This document shows, one piece after another, positions 30,007 to 39,782 of a stretch of DNA of 64,000 bases. Position 1 is the first letter of the stretch; every line of letters begins with the position of its first letter. The notes under the pieces are model-generated. The model had not been told where the DNA came from, made no database searches, and saw nothing but the letters and a program-made list of their open reading frames with translations. The stretch covers positions 33,119 through 97,118 of the forward strand of contig JAFUVO010000016.1 of NCBI GenBank assembly GCA_017477525.1. Reading direction: 5' to 3'. The translations under genes and the position numbers were made by a program. This DNA comes from Oscillospiraceae bacterium (GTDB lineage Bacteria; Bacillota; Clostridia; Oscillospirales; Oscillospiraceae).

Positions 30007-31860
30007 TTGGATATCTTAGCTCAGATACAGTCCTCGGCAGATGTAAAAAAGCTGCCCCAGGAGCAGCTTGGGGAGCTTTGCGCCGCGCTGCGGAGGGAAA
30101 TTTTGCAGACTGTGGCGAAAAACGGCGGCCACCTGGCGTCCAGCCTCGGCGCGGTGGAGCTGACGGTGGCGCTGCACAGGGTCTACGACAGCGCCCGCGA
30201 CCGGCTGGTGTTCGACGTGGGCCATCAGGCTTACGCCCACAAGCTGCTCACAGGGCGGCGGGAGGCCTTCGCGACGCTGCGGCGCTTCGGCGGGCTGGGG
30301 GGCTTCCCCCGCCCGGCGGAATCCCCCGACGACGCGGCCGTCGCCGGCCACGCCTCCACCGCGATCTCCGTCGCCCTCGGCATGGCCCGGGCCCGGACGC
30401 TGCGGGGCGAGGGCTGCGATATCGCTGCCGTGGTCGGGGACGGCGCGCTGACCGGCGGCACGGCCTATGAGGGCCTCAACGACGCCGGCGGCAGCGGCGA
30501 AGCCCTTGTGGTGGTGCTCAACGACAACGCCATGAGCATCAGCGAAAACGTCGGCGGCATGGCGCGGCTGCTGGCCCGGGCCAGGGTCCGCCCCGGCTAC
30601 CTGGCATTCAAACGGTTTTACCGGAGCACCGTGGGCCGGCTCCGTGGGCTATACCGCTTCCTTCACGGCATCAAGGAGGGCGTGAAGGACCTGCTCCTTC
30701 CCGACAACATGTTCGAGGACATGGGCTTTTATTATCTCGGGCCCATCGACGGGCATGACGTCGACACCCTGGAGCGCACCCTGCGCTATGCCCGTTCCCT
30801 GCGCATCCCCGTATTGGTACATGTGGTGACGGTGAAAGGCAGGGGCTACGGACCGGCGGAGCGGGAGCCATCACTCTACCACGGCGTCAGCCCCTTCGAC
30901 CCGGAAACCGGGCTCCGTCCGGCGGAGAAGGAAAGCTTTTCCTCCCGCTTCGGCGCTGCCCTGTGCGCGCGGGCGGAGCGCGATAACACCATTGCCGCGA
31001 TTACAGCGGCAATGGCGGAGGGCACCGGCCTGACGGAATTTGCCCGGCGTTTCCCCGAACGCTTTTTCGACGCGGGCATCGCGGAGGGCCACGCGGCGGC
31101 GATGGCCGCCGGCATGGCCCTGCGGGGGCTGAAGCCCGTGTTCGCGGTCTACTCGACCTTCCTGCAGCGGGCCTTCGACATGCTGATCCACGATATGGCC
31201 CTCGGCGGGGCCAAAGTGGTGCTGGCAGTCGACCGGGCGGGCCTGGTGGGGCCCGACGGCCCCACCCATCAGGGCGCTTTTGATGTGGGCTACCTCTGCC
31301 AGGTCCCCGGACTGGCGGTCCTGGCCCCTTCCAGCTACGCGGAGCTGGAAGCCATGCTGGACAGGGCGTTGGATGGGGACACTGCCTGCGCCCTGCGCTA
31401 TGCCAGAGGGCAGGAGGGCGCATTTACCGGAGACAGCTCCGGCAGCGACACGGCGCTGCTGCGCGAAGGCGGCGACGTCACGCTCGTGAGCTACGGCGTC
31501 CTCATCAACGAAGTCCTCGCCGCCGCGGAGGCCCTGTCGGAGCGGGGGATTTCCGCCGCTGTGCTGAAGCTCAACCGGCTGGACCGCCTCGACATGGAGC
31601 CTGTGGAACGCTCCCTGCGCCAGACCGGGCGGCTCGTGGTGGCGGAGGATACCGCCCGCGCCGGCTGTATCGGCTTTCGCCTGCTGGCGGAGGTGGGATG
31701 CCGGAGCTGCTTCCCCCGGCGGCAGCGGCTGCTCAATTTAGGGGACGGCGTGGTCGCCCAGGGGAGCGTCGCCCAGCAGCGGCATATGCTGGGCCTGGAT
31801 GCCGGGGGCATCGCCCGCGCCGCCGGAGCGCTGATGGGGGAAGCGGAGGTGAAGGCATGA
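30007..31860 (+). CDS. dxs: 1-deoxy-D-xylulose-5-phosphate synthase
   Basis: GGHLASSLG..ELTVALH, DVGHQAYAHKLLTGR and GDGALTGG..YEGLN are the ThDP motifs. TTG start. Confidence 0.95.
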   Translation: MDILAQIQSSADVKKLPQEQLGELCAALRREILQTVAKNGGHLASSLGAVELTVALHRVYDSARDRLVFDVGHQAYAHKLLTGRREAFATLRRFGGLGGFPRPAESPDDAAVAGHASTAISVALGMARARTLRGEGCDIAAVVGDGALTGGTAYEGLNDAGGSGEALVVVLNDNAMSISENVGGMARLLARARVRPGYLAFKRFYRSTVGRLRGLYRFLHGIKEGVKDLLLPDNMFEDMGFYYLGPIDGHDVDTLERTLRYARSLRIPVLVHVVTVKGRGYGPAEREPSLYHGVSPFDPETGLRPAEKESFSSRFGAALCARAERDNTIAAITAAMAEGTGLTEFARRFPERFFDAGIAEGHAAAMAAGMALRGLKPVFAVYSTFLQRAFDMLIHDMALGGAKVVLAVDRAGLVGPDGPTHQGAFDVGYLCQVPGLAVLAPSSYAELEAMLDRALDGDTACALRYARGQEGAFTGDSSGSDTALLREGGDVTLVSYGVLINEVLAAAEALSERGISAAVLKLNRLDRLDMEPVERSLRQTGRLVVAEDTARAGCIGFRLLAEVGCRSCFPRRQRLLNLGDGVVAQGSVAQQRHMLGLDAGGIARAAGALMGEAEVKA

Positions 31861-32663
31861 AGAAAGAACGCCTCGACCAGATTCTTGTGGACCGGGGCCT
31901 GTTCCCCTCCCGGGAGCGGGCGAAAGCCGCCGTCATGGAGGGCATTGTGTTCGTGGAGGGACGCCGCTCCGACAAGCCTGGCCTCGCCCTCGACCCCGCC
32001 GCCTCCATTGAATTGCGCGGGGACGCGCTGCCCTGGGTGTCCCGGGGCGGGCTGAAGCTGGAAAAAGCCCTCCGCGTGTTCGCCTTCGACCCCGCCGGAC
32101 TGGTCTGCGCCGACTGCGGCGCCTCCACCGGAGGGTTTACGGACGTGCTGCTGCAAAGCGGGGTCAAAAAGGTCTATGCCGTCGACGTGGGTTACGGTCA
32201 GCTGGCCTGGAAGCTGCGCTGCGATGAACGTGTCGTGAATTTGGAGCGCACCAACGCGCGCTATCTCACGAGGGAGCAGATTCCGGAGCCCCTGGACCTG
32301 GCGGTGATGGATCTGGCGTTCATCTCCCTGCGCCTGGTCCTCCCCCCTGCCGGCGCGCTGCTGCGGCCGGGCGGGGACGTGATCTGCCTCATCAAGCCCC
32401 AGTTCGAGGCCGGGCGGGACAAGGTCGGAAAGAAAGGCGTCGTCCGCGACGCGGAAATCCATCGGGAGGTTTTGGAGGGCCTTGTCCGCTTTTTCCCCGA
32501 GGCGGGCTTCAGCCTCCTGGGTCTGGACTACTCCCCGATCCGCGGCCCCGAGGGGAACATCGAATATCTGGCCCATTTGCGCCAGGGACAGTGGCCCGGG
32601 CCGGAAATCGACACCGCAGCGGTGGTCGCGGCTTCGCACAGCGAATTAAAGGAGAAAGCATGA
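31857..32663 (+). CDS. tlyA: TlyA family 23S/16S rRNA (cytidine-2'-O)-methyltransferase
   Basis: RLDQILVDRGLFPSRERAKAAVMEG.V (S4 domain), then DCGASTGGFTDVLLQ.G (SAM motif). The ATG overlaps the dxs stop. Confidence 0.9.
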   Translation: MKKERLDQILVDRGLFPSRERAKAAVMEGIVFVEGRRSDKPGLALDPAASIELRGDALPWVSRGGLKLEKALRVFAFDPAGLVCADCGASTGGFTDVLLQSGVKKVYAVDVGYGQLAWKLRCDERVVNLERTNARYLTREQIPEPLDLAVMDLAFISLRLVLPPAGALLRPGGDVICLIKPQFEAGRDKVGKKGVVRDAEIHREVLEGLVRFFPEAGFSLLGLDYSPIRGPEGNIEYLAHLRQGQWPGPEIDTAAVVAASHSELKEKA

Positions 32664-33331
32664 AGCGTACCCCAATCGATGAACGGCAGCTCCCGGCTTA
32701 CTCCCGGAGCGAAGAGCTCACAAATATGATTACCCATATCGCCGGCGGCGCCATCGGCGCCAGCGTTATGGTATTCGGCATCCTGATCGCCGCCCACCAC
32801 CGCAACCCCTGGGCCATCGTCAGCGTCTGCGTCTACGGTGCGTCCATGGTCTGGCTGTATGCCATGTCCAGCATCTACCACGGCCTGAACGCGGGACGCG
32901 GAAAAAAGGTCATGCAGGTGTTGGACCACTGCACCATTTTCGCCCTTATCGCCGGAACCTACACGCCGGTGCTGCTGGCGGGCATCCGTCCAGCCCATCC
33001 GGCCCTGGCCTGGACGGTGTTCGGCTGCGAATGGGGCCTCGCCGCCCTCGGCGCGACCCTGACAGCCATCGACCTGAAAAAATACCGCATTTTTTCCATG
33101 GCCTGTTATATCGGCATGGGCTGGTTTATCATCCTGGTCCTGCCGCAGACGCTGCAGGCGCTGACCGTTCCGGGCTTCCTCTGGCTCCTGGCGGGCGGCC
33201 TGGCCTATACCGCCGGTGCCGTCCTCTACGTCATAGGAAAGAAAAAGCCCTATTTCCACAGCGTATTCCATGTTTTCGTCATCATCGGCAGTTTCCTTCA
33301 GGCGATCTGCATCCTCAGATATGTCCTCTGA
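32660..33331 (+). CDS. Hemolysin III / PAQR family membrane protein
   Basis: Seven TM segments. EELTNMITHIAG...SSIYH...LDHC.IF..IAGTYTP...H.FV are the Hly-III motifs. Confidence 0.88.
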   Translation: MKRTPIDERQLPAYSRSEELTNMITHIAGGAIGASVMVFGILIAAHHRNPWAIVSVCVYGASMVWLYAMSSIYHGLNAGRGKKVMQVLDHCTIFALIAGTYTPVLLAGIRPAHPALAWTVFGCEWGLAALGATLTAIDLKKYRIFSMACYIGMGWFIILVLPQTLQALTVPGFLWLLAGGLAYTAGAVLYVIGKKKPYFHSVFHVFVIIGSFLQAICILRYVL

Positions 33332-33348
33332 AGGGGGCGGGAGGTGAA

Positions 33349-34191
33349 ATGGGAAACAAAATCATCCTCTGCCCGAACCCTGACAAGGACCGCGGCCTGG
33401 CCGTCACGCGGCGGGCGCGGGAACTCCTGGAAGGCGCGGGCCACCGCGTGTCGGTCTGCCCGGAATACCTGGACAGGCCGGAGGAAGCGGAGGGCGGCGC
33501 GCTTCTGGACGAGCTGCCCGGCGCGTTCTTAGTGGTGTCGCTGGGCGGGGACGGGACAATTATGCACACGGCCCGGCGCATGACGGGCAGCAAGGTGCCG
33601 ATCCTGGGCGTCAATCTGGGCACCGTGGGATTTCTGGCGGACCTCGACTGCGGGGAGCTTCCCAGCCTGCTGGACGCCGCGGCGGGCGGCTTCCGCCTCA
33701 GCCCCCGGATGATGCTCCGGGCGGAGCTTATGCGGAATGGCGCGCTGGTCTACGAAAATTACGCGCTCAACGACGTGTATATCCACGGCATTGTCCAGAT
33801 GCTGCACCTGACCGCCCGGGGGGACGGGCGCAAAATCCTCGATTTTTCAGGGGACGGGCTGGTGATCGCCTCGCCCACCGGCTCGACTGCCTATTCGATG
33901 GCGGCCGGGGGGCCGTTGGTCGAGCCCACAGCGGAGAATATCATTTTAACGCCGGTATGTCCCCACGCGCTTGCCGCCCGTTCCTTCGTGCTGGCCCCCG
34001 AGCGGGTCGTGACCGTGGAAATCGGAAGGCTGCGCGGCGGCGCGATGCTCTCGGCAGACGGCAACGCCTTTGAAATCCGCGCCGGCGATACGGTGCGCGT
34101 GTGCAAGGCAAAACACAAGACCCTGATCGCCCGGGTGGGCGGCAAGACATTTTACGACATTGTGTATGAGAAACTGGGGGAGAGAACATGA
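33349..34191 (+). CDS. nadK: NAD kinase
   Basis: VVSLGGDGTIMH (GGDG motif), NLGTVGFLAD, and ASPTGSTAYSMAAGGP. Confidence 0.92.
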   Translation: MGNKIILCPNPDKDRGLAVTRRARELLEGAGHRVSVCPEYLDRPEEAEGGALLDELPGAFLVVSLGGDGTIMHTARRMTGSKVPILGVNLGTVGFLADLDCGELPSLLDAAAGGFRLSPRMMLRAELMRNGALVYENYALNDVYIHGIVQMLHLTARGDGRKILDFSGDGLVIASPTGSTAYSMAAGGPLVEPTAENIILTPVCPHALAARSFVLAPERVVTVEIGRLRGGAMLSADGNAFEIRAGDTVRVCKAKHKTLIARVGGKTFYDIVYEKLGERT

Positions 34192-34637
34192 AAAGCGAAC
34201 GACAGAGAAAAATCCTCGAAATCATCTCAAAAGAGAACATCGAAACACAGAACCAGTTGATTGAGGCATTGGCCAGAGAGGGCGTCAAGAGCACGCAGGC
34301 AACGCTTTCCAGAGACATCCGTGATATGCACCTTGTCAAGGAGCTGAGCCCCGAGGGCATCTACCGTTACACTGCCGGGAGCCGGGACGGCGGCTTTGAC
34401 CACGACGCGCGGCTGCGGAAAATTTTCCGCGAGAGCGTCGTTGACTACGCAGTGGCCCAAAATATGATCGTCATCAAGACCCTGCCCGGCCTGGCGGACG
34501 CCGCCAGCTCCATGCTGGAGAGCCTGGATATCCCCAGCCTCGTGGGCAGCATCGCCGGCGACGACACCGCCTTTGTCGCGATGAAGGACAACGCCTCCGC
34601 GGAAAAGCTCTGTTCACAGATTGAGGATCTTTTATAA
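34188..34637 (+). CDS. argR: Arginine repressor ArgR/AhrC
   Basis: RQRKILEIISKENIETQNQLIEAL...G...TQATLSRDIRDM.LVK and the C-terminal GSIAGDDT. Confidence 0.92.
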   Translation: MKSERQRKILEIISKENIETQNQLIEALAREGVKSTQATLSRDIRDMHLVKELSPEGIYRYTAGSRDGGFDHDARLRKIFRESVVDYAVAQNMIVIKTLPGLADAASSMLESLDIPSLVGSIAGDDTAFVAMKDNASAEKLCSQIEDLL

Positions 34638-34765
34638 GCTCCTGTCCTCCGCCCCCCGTTTTGGGGGCGGGGAATAACGATGATATTTAACCCCCCCTGG
34701 GATCTATTATACCTGCATTCCCCTCCCCTCTGGGGGAGGGGAATCTAAAAGAAGAGGCTTAGCTT

Positions 34766-36448
34766 ATGCTGACGGACTTGCACATCGAAAATATTGCCGT
34801 GATCGAGCAGGCCGACGTGGCCTTCGGTCCGGGCTTCAACGTCCTGACCGGCGAAACCGGCGCGGGAAAGAGCATTCTCATTGATTCCATCGGCGCGGTG
34901 CTGGGCGGGCGCGTCAGCCGGGAGCTGGTGCGTTCAGGCGCGAAAAACGCCATGGTCAGCGCCGTGTTCACAGACTGCGACGCCGGCACGTGGTTTGAGG
35001 AAAACGACCTCGAGGACCCCGGAGAGCTGATCCTCCAGCGGCGCATCAGCGCGGACGGGAAATCCACCTGCCGCGTCAGCGGCCTGCCGGTGACGGCCCA
35101 GCAGCTGCGCTCCCTCGGGGCCCTGCTGCTGGACATCCACGGCCAGAACGACGGCCGCCAGCTCCTGGATGAGACGCGCCACCAGGATTATCTGGACCGC
35201 TTCGCCGGCATAGACGTGGAGATGGCGGAGTATAGCGCCGCCTACAACAGCTGGCGGGCGCTGAAGCGCGAGATCGGCCGCTTGGGCATGGACGCGCTGG
35301 AAAAGGCCCGCCTCACGGAGACGCTTTCCGCTGAGGTCCGGGAACTGGAAAACGCGAAGCTCCGCCCCGGCGAGGAGGAGGAGCTGAGCCAGCTGCGGGA
35401 CCGCATGAAGAACGCGGAGAAGCTTACCGAGGCTGTTGAGGGGGCATACAGCGCCCTCTATGAGGCCGACGGCAGCGCCATCGCCCTGGCCGGCGAGGCA
35501 GAACACCTGATTGCCACGGCGGCCGCTATGGCCCCCGAGCTGAAAGCCGCCTCCGAGAGCGTCGCCCAGGCCCGCTTTCTTTTGGAGGACGCGGCGGAGC
35601 GCCTCAACGACCTGCGGGAGGGCCTCGATTTTTCCGCCGAAGAATATGACGCGGCGGAGAGCCGCCTCTCCCTGTTGCGGAAGCTGCAGCGCAAGTACGG
35701 CACGGACGAGGCAGGGCTTGTTTCCCGACTGGAGGCCAGCCGCCGGCGCCTCGGGGAGTTGGAGAGCTCCGACGACCTGCTGTTGCAGTTGGAAAAGGAC
35801 CTCAAGAAGGCGGAGAAGGCTGTCCTCGCCGCCGGCGCGGCGCTGAGCGCGAAGCGCGCCGAAGCCGCCAAAGCCCTGGCGGAGCGTGTGCAGGCTGAAT
35901 TGAAATACCTCAACATGCCCTCAGTCCGTTTTGTGGCGGAGCTGAGCCCCAAGCAGACCAAGGAGGGCTTCGACGCCACGGGCTGCGACGAGGTACGCTT
36001 TCTGATGAGCGCCAACGCCGGCGACACGCCGGGGCGCATCGCCCATATCGCCTCCGGCGGCGAGCTCAGCCGGGTCATGCTGGCGCTGAAAAGCGTGTTC
36101 GCAGAGCGGGACGCCGTGGGGACCCTCATCTTCGACGAGATCGACACCGGCGTTTCCGGCATCACCGCCCAGCGGGTCGGAGAGAAAATGGGGGCGCTGT
36201 CCCGGCACAGGCAGCTGATCTGCATCACCCACCTGCCCCAGATCGCGGCGATGGCGGACAGCCATTTCTGCATCTCCAAACGGGAGGACGGCGGCAAAAC
36301 CTTTACCACGGTGGCGGCGCTGGACCACGGCGGACGCGTCCTGGAGCTGGCGCGGCTCTACGGCGGCGACACGGTCACGGATACCACCCGCAAGAGCGCC
36401 GAGGAACAGCTGGAAGCGGCGGAACGCTTCAAAACGGGGGTGGGATGA
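34766..36448 (+). CDS. recN: DNA repair protein RecN
   Basis: MLTDLHIENIAVIE...LTGETGAGKSILIDS is the Walker A region. The C-terminus carries SGGELSRVMLALK and IFDEIDTGVSG. Confidence 0.95.
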   Translation: MLTDLHIENIAVIEQADVAFGPGFNVLTGETGAGKSILIDSIGAVLGGRVSRELVRSGAKNAMVSAVFTDCDAGTWFEENDLEDPGELILQRRISADGKSTCRVSGLPVTAQQLRSLGALLLDIHGQNDGRQLLDETRHQDYLDRFAGIDVEMAEYSAAYNSWRALKREIGRLGMDALEKARLTETLSAEVRELENAKLRPGEEEELSQLRDRMKNAEKLTEAVEGAYSALYEADGSAIALAGEAEHLIATAAAMAPELKAASESVAQARFLLEDAAERLNDLREGLDFSAEEYDAAESRLSLLRKLQRKYGTDEAGLVSRLEASRRRLGELESSDDLLLQLEKDLKKAEKAVLAAGAALSAKRAEAAKALAERVQAELKYLNMPSVRFVAELSPKQTKEGFDATGCDEVRFLMSANAGDTPGRIAHIASGGELSRVMLALKSVFAERDAVGTLIFDEIDTGVSGITAQRVGEKMGALSRHRQLICITHLPQIAAMADSHFCISKREDGGKTFTTVAALDHGGRVLELARLYGGDTVTDTTRKSAEEQLEAAERFKTGVG

Positions 36449-36451
36449 AGG

Positions 36452-37198
36452 ATGGAGATCAATCTTTCCGCCCTGCGCGCCGAGGCGCGCCAATCCCTGC
36501 GCGGCCGCCATCCCAGCGCTTTCCTCGTATCTCTGGCCTTCTACCTCATTCTGATGCTGCTGGCCTTCCTCAGCCAGCGCATCATGATGACCGCCATGCA
36601 CTTTCCCGAGATCATGGCACTCAGCGAACGGATGCTCAACGCCACAACGCAGGCTGAGCAGTTGGAAATTGTAGACGCCCTGGCCGGACTCAGCGACGGC
36701 TGGGAACGGGCAGGGGAATATATCCTCATGGCCATCCGAATCATGAACGCGATGCCCACCATGGGCTTTATGAGCTACTGCCTCGGCCTGCTGCGGGGCG
36801 AGGATGGGAGCGTGGGCTCCATCTTCGACGCCTTCGGGAACTTTTTCCGCTTCCTCGGACTGAACATCCTGACCTATCTCATCACAAGCGCGCTGACCAT
36901 CCTGCTCATCATCCCCGGCATCGTCATGTCCTATGCCTATGCCATGGCCCCCTATCTGCTGATGGATGACCCCAGGAAGGGCCCCATCGAATGTATGCGG
37001 GAGAGCCGGAGCCGGATGCGCGGCTACAAGGGGAAGCTGTTTCTGCTGGACCTGAGCATGATCGGCTGGATACTGCTCTCCGTCCTCCCCGGCGCGGGCG
37101 TCTACACCCTCCCCTACTACTACTGCGCCCGGGCGAACTTCTACCGCGCCGTCACAGGCCAGGCTGACGCCCCCCATCATGTGGACATTTCTGTATAA
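36452..37198 (+). CDS. DUF975-like integral membrane protein
   Basis: 248 aa, polytopic. The N-terminus (LRAEARQSLRG...) and overall layout resemble DUF975. Family assignment is from memory. Confidence 0.5.
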   Translation: MEINLSALRAEARQSLRGRHPSAFLVSLAFYLILMLLAFLSQRIMMTAMHFPEIMALSERMLNATTQAEQLEIVDALAGLSDGWERAGEYILMAIRIMNAMPTMGFMSYCLGLLRGEDGSVGSIFDAFGNFFRFLGLNILTYLITSALTILLIIPGIVMSYAYAMAPYLLMDDPRKGPIECMRESRSRMRGYKGKLFLLDLSMIGWILLSVLPGAGVYTLPYYYCARANFYRAVTGQADAPHHVDISV

Positions 37199-37233
37199 AA
37201 ATATATTCTCCCCCAAAGGGGGAGAATATATTT
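37199..37233. terminator. Bidirectional intrinsic terminator
   Basis: AAAATATATTCTCCCCC-aaa-GGGGGAGAATATATTTT, exactly filling the gap between convergent stops. Confidence 0.8.
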
Positions 37234-38634
37234 TCAGCCGGCTGCTTCCCGCGTCAGCTTTTTGATCCAGCGGTAGCGGCGGAAATGGAGGAATACCGGG
37301 AGGCACTTAAAAATCTGGTCGGATTGGATGACCATGACCACGTTCACCGCCGGCCAGCGCAGGACGAAGGCGCTCAAAAAGCTCAGGGGCATCACAATCA
37401 GCCAGGTGGAGATGATGTTCATGTACATCGTGAATTTCGCGTCCCCGCCGCCGCGGATGATCCCCATGCTGACGGGCATCTGGTAGCTCATACCCGCCAT
37501 GACCACGCTCATGACCACCAGCAGGCTGTCCGCGAGGGACATGGCCCGGGGGCTCAGATTATAGAAGCTCAGCAGCGGCCGGCGGAGCAGCAGCAGGGCC
37601 AGGGCCAGCAGCGCCCCGATGGCGACGGACAGGACCGACAGCGTCCGGGCCTCCTCCCGGACCCGCCGCTCGTCCCCCCTGCCCACCGCCGCGCCGATCA
37701 TCACGGCGCAGGTGGCGCTCATGGCCTGGACGATCACCTTCAAATACTGGTAGAAGGTGGTGGCGACGCTGTTGGCGGCGATGGTGTCGGAGGCTTCCGC
37801 GCCGAGGTGGCCCAAAATCGCGGTCTGCATCGGCACCGACACCGCCCAGAGCAGTTGGGAGAGCATCACGGGCAGCTCCACCTTAAAATAGTCCCGCGCC
37901 AGCTCCGGGCTCGGCCGGAGAAAATTCTCCGAAAACAGCAGCAGCTTCTTATCAAAGCGCAGCAGGTAAACCAATACGATTCCCAGCTCCAATATCCGGG
38001 CGATAACGGTGCCCACCGCCGCGCCCCGGACGCCCAGCTCGGGAAAGCCGAAGCGCCCGAAAATCAGCGTGAAATTGACCGCCACATTGACGATGAGCGA
38101 GACAACGGAGATAGCGAAGGAAATACGCACCGTTTCCACGCTGCGCAGGGACGCGATCAGGACGCTGGTCAGGATGAAGGGCAGGAAGCTGTACTTCAGC
38201 AGCGCCAGGTACGCCGCCCCCGCCTCCACAATCGCCTCGTCGGCGGTGAACAGGCGGAGCACCGGATAGGGGAACAGGCCGCAGATGAGCGTGACGAGCA
38301 GCCCCAGCGCCGTCCCTAATTTCAGCGCCACGCCGGTGAGCAGCCGGATCGGGCCGGTGCGCCGCTGCCCCCAGTATTGGGCCGCCAGCACCACGAAGCC
38401 GTCCCCCACCCCCAGGGCCAGGGTCTGCACGATGAAAAAGATCTGGTTCACCGTCGCCGCCCCGCTCAGCGCCGTCTGGCTGTACGCCCCCAGCATCAGG
38501 TTGTCCGCCATGTTGACGCTGTATGCCACCAGATTTTGCAGCGCGATGGTCAGGAATATCGGAAACAGCGTCCGGTAGAACGCCTTCTCCCCCAAAATAA
38601 AACTCTCTTTTTCCAATGGGGCAGCCCCCTTCAA
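37234..38634 (-). CDS. MATE family efflux transporter
   Basis: 466 aa, 12 TM. The N-terminus is ...FYRTLFPIFLTIALQNLVAYSVNMADNLMLG, typical of MatE. Confidence 0.88.
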   Translation of the reverse strand: MKGAAPLEKESFILGEKAFYRTLFPIFLTIALQNLVAYSVNMADNLMLGAYSQTALSGAATVNQIFFIVQTLALGVGDGFVVLAAQYWGQRRTGPIRLLTGVALKLGTALGLLVTLICGLFPYPVLRLFTADEAIVEAGAAYLALLKYSFLPFILTSVLIASLRSVETVRISFAISVVSLIVNVAVNFTLIFGRFGFPELGVRGAAVGTVIARILELGIVLVYLLRFDKKLLLFSENFLRPSPELARDYFKVELPVMLSQLLWAVSVPMQTAILGHLGAEASDTIAANSVATTFYQYLKVIVQAMSATCAVMIGAAVGRGDERRVREEARTLSVLSVAIGALLALALLLLRRPLLSFYNLSPRAMSLADSLLVVMSVVMAGMSYQMPVSMGIIRGGGDAKFTMYMNIISTWLIVMPLSFLSAFVLRWPAVNVVMVIQSDQIFKCLPVFLHFRRYRWIKKLTREAAG

Positions 38635-38712
38635 AAGAAATCGCCGCCGGGGAACTTTTTCCGCGCCGGCGCGTCTGTATGGACAGGATGAACAAACAGG
38701 AGGGATAAAGAA

Positions 38713-39771
38713 ATGAAAAACGGGAAAATCAAATGGCTTCCGCTGCTGCTGGCCTGCGCCATGGCAGCCGCGCTGCTCTCCGGCTGCGGCGGGGCGCAGT
38801 ACAACAGTGGCGGCTCCGTGGCAAAAAGCACACCGTCGGAGGCGAATTACGACACCCAGGCGGCTTACAGCATGGACGGGGCCTCCGGGGGCTGGGCCGA
38901 GGCGCCCACTGACGCGCCGGCCCCGGAGCCGGTTTCCGCCCCCGCGGTGCCCGCCAACATCAAGATGATCTACACCGCCGACATCTCGTTGGAATCAACG
39001 CAGTTCGACGCCGCCGTGGAACAGCTGGAAGCCCTGGTGGCGGAAAAGAGAGGCTGGATGGAACGCAGCAGCTTCGACAACAATAGCCGCAATTACCGCC
39101 GCGCCTATTTCACCGTCCGGGTCCCGGCGGAGCAGTTCGACAGCTTTTGCGCCAGCGTGGGGAATCTCTGCAATATCCTCAGCATCAACCGGAGCATGGA
39201 GGACGTCAGCGAGATCTACTACGACAATGAAGCCCGCCTCGCCACCCAGCGGACCAAGCTGGCCCGGCTGCAGGAGCTCCTGGCCCAGGCGACGAGCATG
39301 GAGGACATCATCACCTTAGAGTCCGCGATCTCCGAAACCGAACTGGCCATCGAACAGCTCACCGGCACCTTGCGGCACTATGATTCCCTGGTGGGCTACT
39401 CCACCATCAGCATCACCCTCAGCGAGGTTTTCCAGCTCACAGAGGTCGAAGAGCCGGTCATCGGCTTCGGCGCGAAGCTGGCGGAGGCCTTCCGCTCCGG
39501 CAGCCGGGGCTTCGTCAGCTGGGCCCAGGGCGCACTGCTGGATCTGGCGAGGAACTGGGTCGGCTGGCTGATTTTCCTTGTCATCTGCGCCGGCATTGCC
39601 TTCCTGATCGTTTCCGGCGTCCGCCGCTCCAAAAAACGAAGGGCAGCCGCCCGGGCCTTCCCGCCGCCGCAGCCGCCAAGACCACAGCAGCCCGCGCCAC
39701 AGCAGCCCATAACCCCGCAGAAGCAGAACCCGGCTCCGCAAAAACCGGAGGGCGGGGAGCAAAGCAAATAA
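38713..39771 (+). CDS. DUF4349 domain lipoprotein with C-terminal TM segment and proline-rich tail
   Basis: Lipobox LSGCGG. The central block is MIYTADISLES..FD......L......GW....S.......R.AYFTVRVPAE.FD. The tail is PPPQPPRPQQPAPQQP. Confidence 0.7.
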   Translation: MKNGKIKWLPLLLACAMAAALLSGCGGAQYNSGGSVAKSTPSEANYDTQAAYSMDGASGGWAEAPTDAPAPEPVSAPAVPANIKMIYTADISLESTQFDAAVEQLEALVAEKRGWMERSSFDNNSRNYRRAYFTVRVPAEQFDSFCASVGNLCNILSINRSMEDVSEIYYDNEARLATQRTKLARLQELLAQATSMEDIITLESAISETELAIEQLTGTLRHYDSLVGYSTISITLSEVFQLTEVEEPVIGFGAKLAEAFRSGSRGFVSWAQGALLDLARNWVGWLIFLVICAGIAFLIVSGVRRSKKRRAAARAFPPPQPPRPQQPAPQQPITPQKQNPAPQKPEGGEQSK

Positions 39772-39782
39772 CACGAATCGTC

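Noticed and set aside
35921-37306. Long antisense ORFs across the high-GC core (for example 35921-37306, 28454-29668, 24261-25217, 22984-24093, 19136-20080, 12610-13452, 9104-9880, 7688-8773 and 1092-1928)
   Set aside because: Each overlaps a confidently identified gene on the opposite strand. Each translates to Arg/Gly/Ala/Pro-rich low-complexity sequence. Stop-codon depletion in GC-rich DNA explains them.
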